Below, piece by piece: positions 11,350-22,204 of a stretch of DNA of 64,000 nucleotides. The number at the start of each line of letters is the position of its first letter. The first letter of the stretch is position 1. Source of the stretch: Isurus oxyrinchus (taxonomy: Eukaryota); the NCBI GenBank assembly GCA_026770705.1, contig JANJGN010000646.1, positions 248,001 to 312,000 of the forward strand, in the 5' to 3' direction. The translations under genes and the position numbers were made by a program. Under the pieces are notes generated by a model that saw nothing but the letters and a program-made list of their open reading frames with translations, did no database searches and was not told the DNA's origin.

Positions 11350-14300
11350 CATGGTGATCAGCGGTGGCCAAACATTCTGGCAGCAAGATTCAGTACAGGT
11401 ATGACGTGGTGAACAGCCTGAGATCGAGCTACATGACATGAGACGACCCTCAACGCTTTGGTCAGACCATAACAGAGACACAGCATCAGAGAGGGTTGAA
11501 ATCGCAGTGTACTGACTGCTCAGGAAACCTTTGAAGACACAGTGACGGGAAAGAGCTCAAGTAAAGAGCTGGGGAGCAAACGGATCCCTCGTGGTGAGAT
11601 CTGCTAGATAACACCAAAACCTATAGCATTGAAGAGCTACTCAAGGATCGACATAAATACGAAGTGATCCTCGCAGGTCAACGAAGCTTACAGGTCCTCA
11701 GTACAACATCAATTGTTGACACACTGACTAGAACATCCAAACCTAGTGAGACATGTGGAAGGTGTGGCCTTCTGCAGGCACCAAGGAAATGCCCAGCTTT
11801 CCACCAATCCTGCAAGGCTTGTGGCAGAAAGGGCCATTGACAGCGGCAGGGCACTAGAGCAAAGGCTCATGCAGCTACAAAGAGCCGTGCACTGATCCAA
11901 ACAGACCCTACACAACGGGGAACCTTCAAGCAATAAGAATGACCATCCGCTATTCCATCAGGAACATATACATGTGGTGACTGACAAACCAGGAAATGGC
12001 GATGATGTACACGGTGAGACGAGGAGCGCTGATCGATATTCCACCTCTCACACATATCCTGGCGTGGCTTGCCAATAAATTGTGGATTGTTGTCTTTAAA
12101 GATCTCTCTGGGCACATCAAATAAACTGAAAATGTCCCATAGGGGTGGGATTTTCTGGCCCCACCCACTGCCAGGATTGTCCGGTCCAGCCGAAAGCCAA
12201 TGTTTGTCCAATCTCCCACGGCAGGTCCCATCATGACTGTGCCGGAAAACCCCAACCTAGAGTTTGTGCAACAGTTGTGCTCAACGTATTGTACAATTGT
12301 TGAACAATTTCAAACCTTTTACACCATCAATCTCACGGAGAACAGATGCTGTCACATCACCTGCACTATTGGCCAAGATTCCAATTTTCTGCCCTGAGAA
12401 AGTTGCAACCTCCCCTTTATTGACCAAGATTGACACAGGGGCAAGTGCCAACATTCCCCTCCCACAGCCCACCCCAGCAAATTTTCAAAGACATGTATCC
12501 AAGGACATGGGAGGCCATGGGGAAACCTACTGCTGTGTACAACACTTCAACTCCATGTGCAGAATCCATAGTCCTGGGGTGCAAATACAATCAATCCTCC
12601 TGGGTGTCACAGATGTTCTACATCGTGGAGACTAAAGGCTGAGCAATTGCAAGTCTACCGGCATGCAGTGACCTCACACTAGTGACAATGCATGGAATCT
12701 GTCAGACTTCACATGGGTCAAATGCAGAAACTACCCCATCAACTCAGTTCATGGACATAACATTGAAATATGCAGAAAGTTTCAACAGTATTGTCAGTTT
12801 CAAGGGAGCTGCTACATTACACCTGCAGGAGAATGCAAGTCTGTCAATTGATCCAGTACATTTAGCACAACAGAAATGCCAGCAGCTACAAGAGGGAACA
12901 GTGAAAAATTCTGCAGGAACTGTGGAAATATCATTGAAAGGGTGGCCTGATTCAACTTGACCTCATCGAGATAAGCGAGGCATCTCCCAGGGAGTCATTT
13001 TTAATGGCAGGCAGGGCATCATACCGGCACATTTGTGATCCTATATTCTTCAACAACTTCATCCCTCACACATGGGCACAGATCACACAAGGAGACTCAC
13101 AAGAGATACAGTCCCTGGCCGGGTATGAACAATGACCTTGAAGTTGTTGTAGGGAAGTACGAGGCTTGTCAAGAGGATGAGCCAAGTCAACACAAAGAAA
13201 CATTGATTCCACAGGAAATTCCTGCCTATTCTTAGTCCAAAATCACATCTGAATCCTTTCATGTCCATGTCACTGACTTCATCGTCATCGTCGACAGCTT
13301 TACCAGATATCCCATTATTCAAAAATAGCACAACACACCGAGCACAACTGGTGCACACACTCTGAGCACTATTTTCAGTTTATTTGGTGAACCTAGGTTC
13401 ATGATTACAGATAATCTGGAATATCAATCACACTACTTCTTCTCCTCATTACCCCAGATCTAACAGCCTAGCTGAATGAATGATTCACACAGTGAAATCC
13501 CTAATTCTCAAATGTAGACAGACCAAGCAAGATCCACACATTGCAATGTTACATCTGAGATCGACACCTACAACTGCAACTTTGTTAAATTCATTCATGG
13601 GATGTGGGAGTCACTGGTCAGGCCAGGATTTATTACCCATCCCTAATGTAAGAGTCAACCACATTGACGTGGAGTCTGGAGTCACATGTCCGCCAGACAA
13701 TTTTGTTCCCTAAATGGCACTGGTGAACCAGGTGGGATTTCCAACAATGGTTTTGTGGTCATCACTAGACTTTGAATTTCATCTTTTTATTAAATTCAAA
13801 TTTCATCATCTATTATGGTCGGATTTGGACCCATATTCTCAGGACATTACCCTGGGTGTCTGAATTACTCATCTAGCAACAATACCACTACACCATCACC
13901 TCACCTTATTCCATCACTGACAGAGAACATGTTTGGTGGGCCAGTAGTGACCAATTTCGCTACTCTTACCCATTCTACTCTCTCAGAAACCAGAGGGCAA
14001 CTTTTAAAACTACAAGAGAAGATAAGGAATGTTCATGATAAAAATGGAGGTGCAGAGTTGCCAAGTTTACAGTTGGGACAAGTTCACATCCAGGATCCCA
14101 CAGAAGGTTCATGACCACCAGCCGAGGTGACAAGGATTTGTTCAGAACCAAGGGCCTATGGAGTCAAACACACAAGGGCACAGCGGTGAGGTGGAACCGA
14201 GGATAAATCAGATCCATTCCCGCTCCTATTTCATCGAGGAGAAGATCCCACATGAAATCAGGAACAACATCCAAGGGTGACAATCCCACAGATCACTGTG

Positions 14301-14430
14301 AGCAGTTAAAGACACCTCCAGACAAGGTAACCAGCACAAGATCTGGGTGGACCAGAAGGTTAAATCCACACTTTAGAGAGTCAAATATTCAACAGTTCCA
14401 TACACTTATGTAATTGTCAATAAATATGAA
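11350..14430 (+). mobile_element. Degenerate Gypsy LTR retrotransposon internal region; related copy at about 59333-61500
   Basis: PBS-like TGGTGATCAG after ...AACA, protease KIDTGASANI near 12425-12455, integrase-like remnants at 13000-13570. Gag-like SEFRMFKQRTELWF in the B copy. Confidence 0.75.
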
Positions 14431-15432
14431 CATGATATGAGAAACCGCTTGTTCCCTGCCCTTCTGAAAGATCCATTCCTGCAGCAGGAGCCTGAAGAGT
14501 TACTGATAAGAGATTTAATTTATCGGATTGTAGAATGATCCAGAACTGAAGGAAGCCATTTGGCCCATCGAGCCTGTGCTGCGCCTTTGAAAGATCTGTC
14601 CAATTCGTCCCACTCTCACCTCTGCTCTCTCCCCCACAGCCCTGCAAAATGTCCCCTTCAAGTATTTATCCAGTTCCCCTTCTGAAAGTTCCTGTTGAAT
14701 CTGCTTCCACCGGCCTTTCAGGCAGTGAGTCAATGGTCTCTCTCTGAACTGCAAAGTGATAAGTTTCAATGAAATATAAACTCTGCAGCAGATCAGAAAC
14801 AATCATGATAACTCGGAATATTTGACAGTTTTACACACAGACAGCTTTGCCTCCCTTCTCTCTATCAGTTATCTTGCTCCCTTATTGAAGTATCTAGCAT
14901 GGTGAGAAGGGACAGGAAGTGTGACGCTGAACAGCCTGTCTAATCTAAGAGCTTCTGTGTTGTCTTCATGGGAAGTTCTGATGAAAATCAGCAAGAGAGA
15001 AAAATTTCAGGGCATTGATATCGGAGTGCTTGCATCAGGATAGACTTCATCCCCCAGTTTTTATCCCTGCTTCTCTATTCAGCCGATTGCTCCCCTGTCA
15101 CTCGCTGACCTACGCTGGCTCCCAGTCCAGCAATGACTCAATTTTCAAAATCTCTTCATTGATTCCTTATCCCTCCATCCTCCCTCTCTAATCCCTATCA
15201 CTGTCACCTCCTCCAGCCCTGAAACCCTTTGAGGTCTCTGCTGTCCTGCAGTTCTGCTGTCAGACAGGGAGTCAGTGTATATCAGTGAGCACAGGGGTGA
15301 TGGGTGAATGGGACTTGGTGTGAGTTTGTACACTGGCTCACTGCTGAATCAGTTCCCTATCAGAGCTCAGTAAGAATGTTCTTTTACAAAGACTATTAGC
15401 CATAAGTCTGTCCAAGCTGACGATGATATTAC

Positions 15433-15472
15433 CTTGGAGAAGTGACAGGAGGAAGTAAGATTTCCCGATCAT
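15433..15472 (-). CDS. Gene A leader exon, MIGKSYFLLSLLQ
   Basis: ATG at 15472, 40 nt, G|gtaata donor; paralogue of 62510-62549. Confidence 0.8.
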
Positions 15473-15922
15473 TGTCCACTCCCAGATATTCCTTTAGCTT
15501 CTGACTCTTAAACTCTGAAAGAGAAAGGAGTTAATGAGACCTCACCTCTTGTCCGACAGCTCTCGAGAGATCAGAACTGCTTTTAGACAATGTCTTCACA
15601 GACTAATTTGGTTCTCTGTGGGATGATAGGTGCTCTGCAGAGAGTGAAAAAGCTTTAAAAAAATAAATCAATGAAGGACTTGCATTTCTATAGCACCTTT
15701 CACCACCTCAGGATGTCCCAAATCTCATACCCCTGATATTCCCTCATCCTTTGAGCTAGAAAGATATTCTGTACAACAGAACTGAGCCTCACACCCTGAT
15801 CTCAATGATCAGTAGAAATCTTTCAAAGGCATCAATCATTGGAATCTGTCTTTATAAAGTCACAACATCAATAAAGGATGGTGTTGGTCGTGGAAGTGAA
15901 TTCCAATCGTTCCGTTACTTAC

Positions 15923-16062
15923 CCAGGACCTGACCGACTGCTCGCCTGGGGAGGAACTGCCCACACGCTCTGCTTGGGCTGAATGACCTCTTCCTGTGCT
16001 GCTCCCTCTGTGTGTTTAAATAGAAAGGGTGGATGTGTCACTGTGAGACAAAATGAGGAAGT
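15923..16062 (-). promoter_or_regulatory. Gene A putative promoter / non-coding exon 1 with PU.1/ETS-like site
   Basis: Strong donor GG|gtaagt at 15923. AAATGAGGAAGTG (PU.1-like) at about 16051-16063. Lies upstream of the leader exon. Confidence 0.55.
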
Positions 16063-16179
16063 GGTTAGTCCCAAGTTAGAAAGCAACTCTTTGCCTCGCA
16101 CAGTTAGAAAACTGTTAACCCTTTGTGTGCCAAGAATGTGGCTGAAGGGCCATCGACTGTTCACATGCTTTAAGCTCGA

Positions 16180-16930
16180 GGTGGTTGAACGGGCCTCCTC
16201 GTGTTCCTGTGTAACAGGCTTGAGGGGCTGAATGGACCTCCTCCTGTTCCTGTGTAAGAGGCTTGTGTGGCTGAATGGGCCTCCTCCTGTTCCTGTAAAA
16301 CTGCCTCGAGGGACTGAATGAACCTCCTCCTCCGTTTCTTGTGTAACAGGCTTGAGGGGCTGTTTGGGCCCCCTCATGTTCTTATATAAGATGCTCGTGT
16401 GGCTGAATGAGACTTGTCCTGTTCCTATGTAACTGACTTGAGGGGCTTAATGGACCTCCTCCTGTTCCTGTTCATCAAGCTCATGGGGCTGAAATGACCT
16501 CATTCCGTTCTGGTGTTAGAGGCTTGAAGGTCTGAATGGGCCTCCTCCTGTTCCTGTGTAACAGGCTCGAGGGGCTGAATGGGCCTCCTCCTGTTCCTGT
16601 GTAACAGGCTCGAGGGGGCTGAATGGGCCTCCTCCTGTTCCTGTGTAACAGGCTCGAGGGGCTGAATGGGCCTCCTCCTGTTGCTGTGTAACAGGCTCGA
16701 GGGGCTGAATGGGCCTCCTCCTGTTGCTGTGTAACAGGCTCGAGGTGCTGAATGGGCTTCCTCCTGTTCCTGTGTAACAGGCTTGAGGGGCTGAAAGGCC
16801 TCCTCCTTTTCCTGTATAACAGGCTCATGGGGCTGAATGGCCTCCTCCTGTTCCTGTGTAACAGGCTCGAGGGGGCTGAATGGCCTCCTCCTGTTCCTGT
16901 GTAACAGGGTCGCGGGGCTGAATGTCCTCC
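16180..16930. repeat. Approximately 43-bp minisatellite resembling the CR1-type LINE 3' end
   Basis: Unit ACAGGCTCGAGGGGCTGAATGGGCCTCCTCCTGTTCCTGTGTA; compare the LINE ends at about 4750-4790 and 7445-7490. Confidence 0.85.
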
Positions 16931-16939
16931 TCTCATTAA

Positions 16940-17152
16940 AAATAAATACTGCAGATGTTGTAAATCTTCAATAAAAATGAAAAATGTTGCCTTAACTCAG
17001 CAGGTCTGGCAGCAGCTGTGGAGAGAGAAACAGAGTTTTTGCATATAGACTCTGAAGAAGGGTCATACGGACTCGAAATGTTAATTCTGTTTATCTCTCC
17101 TCAGATGCTGCCAGACCTACTCAGTTTCTCCAGCATTTTCTGTTTTTATTTC
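16940..17152. mobile_element. Penelope-type terminal inverted-repeat element with a degenerate hammerhead-like core
   Basis: Long imperfect palindrome around CTGAAGA...GAAA (17052-17078). The 3' half matches the end of the Penelope fragment at 43535-43602. Confidence 0.6.
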
Positions 17153-18269
17153 AGGTGCTCTCTTGTTCCTGTGTAGCAGGTTCGAGGGGGCTGAATGGCC
17201 TCCTCCTGTTCCTATTCAATGGGCAGTCAAAGTATGCATCTGATTTTGGACCTCAAACCCAATTCTCTCCTCAGGACATTGACAGATGGAGAGACCAGTT
17301 ACAGATCAATGCAGGAGGATTATTTATTTTCCCAATCTTTTATCCAAGAATGTCATCAAACATAGAGCAGAACCAGGATCAAGGATGTTGGTCTCTGTGA
17401 TCTGAAACACATCGCACAGTCCACCCATCCACTCAGCCTTCAGAATGGATGCTAATTGTACTCTCCAAGTGTGAAAGACTAAAATTGAGGTTTATTGCAG
17501 CTATATCTCATTCTGTTATCAAAGCTGTCTCATCCATCCATGAACTTCTGAAGAAGGTAAACCTGCAACCAATTTTTCACATCATAATTTCCTATGTTCA
17601 CTGGCAACATCAATGTAAACATGTCACGCTGAAATGATGTCCTCCCACCAGTGGTGGCACTGTAGCACATCTGTTCTCCTCTGAGCTGCAGAGAATTTCT
17701 CAAATCTCCAAACAAATTGTTTCCCTGTTTCCCAGATTGCTGTTAGTTTTGCTGTTTAACGATGAAGTGTAAAATCCAAATATATATCTAAAAATACATT
17801 TGATTACAAAATGCTGAGTAAATTTTGCCTATCTCCTCTGCTCCAATTATCCACCGATCCTGCATTTCCTGAAGTCTACACTGGCTGATGAATATTCTGT
17901 AAACACTGACTGACAGGAAGGTGAATAACAGAATGAAAATTAACTCATAATCATGGACACGGGATTGAATTTGTCCGTTCTGTCCTGGTACATCATCGAA
18001 CGATATCTAAAGACATTTACAATCAGAATGGAGAGAAGGATGTTTCCAACAGGGAGGGACAATTCTGAAGGAGGATGTTCGAATTGAAACCCACAGACAA
18101 TCATCCTGGATAGATCATTCCGAAGAAATTCCATCAGATTGTAACGAGAGGTTTAAATCTATTTCCTGGGAGTGAGTTCCTGTGGATATTAGGAAGGTAA
18201 GTTAGAGTTTTGAATGATTCTCCCGTTCTGTATTCTCCCTACACTGTGTGTGTCTCATTCTTGCTCAGT

Positions 18270-18386
18270 TTATAAATTCCCATAAACAGAATCCTTGGCA
18301 AATTCACAGTTTGCGTAAAGATCATCATCTGTATCAGGATTGACTCCGCGGTTAGATTTCATTTCCAGATCCTTCTCATCTTTCTT
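18270..18386 (-). CDS. Module C terminal exon with DLYANC and SVYGNL motifs
   Basis: 117 nt from the tattacag acceptor to TAA; KKDEKDLEMKSNRGVNPDTDDDLYANCEFAKDSVYGNL*. Paralogous to the 19020-19124 exon. Confidence 0.65.
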   Translation of the reverse strand, partial: KKDEKDLEMKSNRGVNPDTDDDLYANCEFAKDSVYGNL

Positions 18387-18482
18387 CTGTAATAGAAACA
18401 GAAATGATCAGAGTGACAATCAGAGTGATCAGTGTTTAGAATTATTGATCCAAATCGAAAATTCCACCCACAATGGATACAT

Positions 18483-18886
18483 TAATTATTGATACTGAAC
18501 AGGGTTTGATTATTGATACTGAACGGGGTTTGATTATTGATTCTGAACGGGGTTTGATTATTGATTCTGAACGGGATTTGATTATTGATTCTGAACGGGG
18601 TTTGATTATTGATACTGAACGGGGTTTGATTATTGATTCTGAACGGGGTTTGATTATTGATACAGAATGGGGTTTGTTTATTGATACTGATCGGGGTTTG
18701 ATTATTGATACTGAACGGGGTTTGCTTATTGATATTGAACGGGGTTTGATTATTGATACTGAATGGGGTTTGATTATTGATTCTGAACGGGGTTTGATTA
18801 TTGATACTGAACGGGGTTTGATTATTGATTCTGAACGGGGTTTGATTATTGATACTGATCGGGGTTTGATTATTGATTCTGAACGG
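18483..18886. repeat. 24-bp minisatellite (GGGGTTTGATTATTGATWCTGAAC), about 17 copies
   Basis: Directly visible; intronic between the module C tail exons. Confidence 0.95.
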
Positions 18887-19019
18887 TGTTGGGTGTGAGT
18901 TTGGTTGGGTTTGGGAGTGACTGTATAAAACATTGCAGATACAGGACTGGAGCAGCCATATCAATAACCAGGCTACTGGAGCAGCTGAGAGGCTGGTGAT
19001 CCTGTGGTGTGTGACTCAC

Positions 19020-19124
19020 CTGATTCCTCAAAGCCCAACCACGCTCACAGTTTTCATAAACAGGACCTCGATATTCATCAACACGGTGGTTCGATTTGAT
19101 TCCTGCTTTCCCCTCGCCTCTCTT
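19020..19124 (-). CDS. Module C cytoplasmic exon with PVYENC motif
   Basis: 105 nt, phase 0-0, tattacag/gtgagt; KRGEGKAGIKSNHRVDEYRGPVYENCERGWALRNQ. Confidence 0.6.
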
Positions 19125-19469
19125 CTGTAATAGAGATGGAAATGGACAGAGTGACAATCAACATGATGTGTATTCGGTGTTGGGTTTGATTATTGGGGAG
19201 AGAGTTCCAGATTTCCACTCCCCTTTGTGTGAAGAAGTGCTTCCTGACATCACCCCTGAACGGCCTGGCTCCAATCTGAAGTTCCGGCCCCCTTGTTCTG
19301 GACTCCACCCGACCCCCACCACCCACCCCCACCCGAGGGAATAGCTTCTCTCTATCGACCCTATCGAGTGTTTAATCAGTTTGAACCCCTCAATTAGATC
19401 ACTCCTTAATCTTCTAGGCCCGAGGGAATATAATCGTAGACTGTGTGTAACCTGTCTGCATAATTTAAC

Positions 19470-19775
19470 CAGAAAGATGTTCTGTACAACAGACTTGAGC
19501 CTCACACCCAGATCTCAATAATCAGTAGAAATCTTTCAAAGGCATCAATCATTGGAATCTGTCTTTATAAAGTCACAACATCAACAAAGGACGGTGTTGG
19601 TCATGGAAGTGAGTTCCAATCGTTCCGTTACTTACCCAGGACCTGTCCGACTGCTCGCCTGGGGAGGAACTGCCCACACGCTCTGCTTGGGCTGAATGAC
19701 CTCTTCCTGTGCTGCTCCCTCTGTGTATTTAATGAGAAAGGGTTGATGTGTCTCTGTGAGACAAAATCAGGAATT
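19470..19775 (-). promoter_or_regulatory. Ectopic copy of the promoter/exon-1 module inside module C
   Basis: Near-identical to about 15758-16062; donor at 19636; ETS site degenerate (CAGGAATT). Confidence 0.55.
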
Positions 19776-20009
19776 GGGGAACAATTGTGAAAACCCTTTC
19801 ATTGAAACGTAGGGCCTTAGTGTTGTGTTGTAAACAAACTGTTAACCCTTTGTGTCCTGACTCTGTGACGTGATTCCTGTGTAAAGCTGAGCAGTCGTTG
19901 AGCGAGTTTCAATTCACTGCTCACTCCAGGTGTTGAGGTGGATCTTCTGAAGGAGCAGATGTAGCTCAGCGCTCCTTAAAAATGTGAGAGACTGAACAAC
20001 GTGTAAGAG

Positions 20010-20270
20010 GACGAGAGAGAGAATGAGAAGGAGAGCATTAGTGGAGATAGGAGAGAGAGTGAATGAGAGAGAGAATGAGAAATAGAGCGTTAGTGGAGAT
20101 TGGAGAGAGAGTGAATGATGGAAAGAATGTGAAGGAGTGAATTAGTGGAGATAAGAGAGAGAGTGAATGAGAGAGAGAATGAGAAGGAGAGCATTAGTGG
20201 AGATTGGAGAGAAAGTGAATGAGAGAGAGAATGAGAAGGAGGGCATTAGTGGAGATAAGAGAGAGTGAAT
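20010..20270. repeat. GA-rich tandem repeat
   Basis: Repeated GAGAATGAGAAGGAGAGCATTAGTGGAGAT...GAGTGAAT units. Confidence 0.85.
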
Positions 20271-20581
20271 GAAACATGGAAAATGGAATGAGATTGCATG
20301 CACTAACGAAAGAAAGGTTTTCATTTATATAGCACCTTTCACATCCTCAAGGGGTCACAGGGTATTTTATGGTCCGGGTCAAAACTGCCAGTTACAGGAC
20401 TGAGTTGTCAAACAGGGAGTGTAGGATGAGGTGTTCAATAATGATTGAACATCAAAGCTCTTCAGGGGCTGTGAAGGGTTTTGGGTTGTGAAAGGTGCTA
20501 TAGAAATGCAAGTTTTTTCTATAAGGAGCGAAGGTTGAAGAAAACATTTTCAAAAACAACCAATTAAACCTTCACACTGAC

Positions 20582-20678
20582 TTTCTCACACACTTGAAGA
20601 TGAAGAATCCACTCAGTCCAACACTCAAACAGATTCCAGCTCCAAGCAATCCTGCTTTCCATTCATTGGAATCTCGCC
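20582..20678 (-). CDS. Orphan second transmembrane exon (module C)
   Basis: 97 nt, same phases as 40077-40173; RDSNEWKAGLLGAGICLSVGLSGFFIFKCVRK; ttttacag/gtcagt. Confidence 0.7.
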
Positions 20679-20879
20679 CTGTAAAATCAGCCAATGAATG
20701 ACTCTGGTACAGTTTGAGAATGGTTCCCTATGTACATGTAGTAATTCTGAACTTGTGAAGTGATATTGTCTATGCATGAAAGGTCTATACAAATAACATT
20801 TATCTATGTAATATTTATTGATAATATCCATGTACATGCAGGTTTCTATAAGGAGGATTCACATATAACAGAGGTGCCA

Positions 20880-21905
20880 AGCTGCTGAGGTGACACACAG
20901 GACTACATACACGCCAAACAGCGGAAACAACATGCTATAGACAGAGCAAAGCGATCCCTCAACCAACGGGTCAGATCTAAGCTCTGCAGTCCTGCCACAT
21001 CCAGTCATGAATGGTGATGGACAATTAAAGATCTAACAGGAGGAGGATGTTCCACAAATATCCCCATCCTTAATGATGGGGGAGCTCAGCACATCAGTGC
21101 AAACGACAAGGCTGAAGCATTGGCAACCATGTTCAGCCAGAAGTGCTGAGTGGATGCTCCATCTCGGCCTCCTCCAGAGGGTCCCAGCATCACAGATGTC
21201 AGCTTTCAGACAATTCGATTGACTCCACGTGACATCAGGAATCAGCTGATGATACTGAATACAGCAAAGGCTGTTGGCCCTGGCAATCACCTGGCAACAG
21301 GAAATAATGTGGCTAAGAGCGGGTCAGAGGCTGGGTACTCTGTGGTGAGTAACTCACCTCCTGACTCCCCAAAGCCTGTCCACTATCGACAAGGCAGAAG
21401 TCAGGAGTGTGATGGAATAATCTCCACTTGGCTGGATGAGTGCGGCTCCAACAACACTCAAGAAGCTCGACACCATCCAGGAGCAGCTTGTTTGATCGAC
21501 AGCCCATCCACCAGCATAAACATTCATACCCTCCACCACTGGCACACAATGGCAGCAGTGTGCACCATCTACAAGATGCACTGCAGCAACTCACCTAGGC
21601 TCCTTCGACAGCACTTTCCAAACCCTTAACCTCTTCCACCAGGACAGTTCCAAGTCAGTGTGGTTTGTGATTTGGAGGTGAACATGAGGTGGTGGTCTGC
21701 CCTGGACTTGGAACTATATCGGCCGTTCCTTCACTGTCGCTGGGTCAAAATCCTGGAACTCCCTCCCTAACAGCACTGTGGGTGTGCCTACACCACATGG
21801 ACTGCAGTGGTTAAAGAAGGCAACTCACCACCACCTCCTCAAGGGGCAGTTACAAATGGGCAATAATTTCTGGCCTTGTCAACAATGCCCACATCCCATG
21901 AGCTA
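20880..21905 (+). mobile_element. Non-LTR retrotransposon fragment; same family at about 26040-28075 (minus) and 39485-39940 (plus)
   Basis: Shared KKLDTxQDKAA and VCTIYKMHCS motifs and a shared 3' end ...ATGGGCAAT. Confidence 0.75.
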
Positions 21906-21939
21906 ACAACAAGAGAATGTTCAATTCTGTGTAACTCAC

Positions 21940-22005
21940 GTTCTACAGAGATGGTTATAAATCCCTCCACTGCTCCATGTTCATTCTCTGCCACACACTG
22001 ATAGT
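21940..22005 (-). pseudogene. 5'-truncated fragment of a C2-set exon (relic gene C)
   Basis: Encodes YQCVAENEHGAVEGFITISVE with a C|gtgagt donor. Homology to 521-802 stops abruptly at about 22005. Confidence 0.8.
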
Positions 22006-22204
22006 GATGCAGCACTCATTTAGTTCATGTCGTTGTTTCAATGCTACAAAACCACAGTGCATTCTGGACTATTTCTGCCTGACCTGCTGTCAGATACACA
22101 CAGTCTGACAGAGAGGCGGAAAAGTGGTCCCTAGCAACGTGTGAAACTGTGAACTCGGCTCAGTCAGAATGCACACGCAGACACACACACACATACACAC
22201 ATAT

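Noticed and set aside
15515-15545. Extra 5'-UTR intron between a gtgagg donor and a tttcag acceptor
   Set aside because: It would be only 31 nt, too short for a spliceosomal intron, so the UTR structure is left unresolved.
18442-18964. Repetitive ORFs (IIKPRSES, HTHT, CVCV types) here and at the microsatellites
   Set aside because: They are translations of mini- and microsatellites with no gene structure.
20582-20678. DAP12/FcR-gamma-coupling charged residue in TM2
   Set aside because: The lysines are at the helix edges (WKAG and FKCV), not mid-membrane, so they are not convincing.
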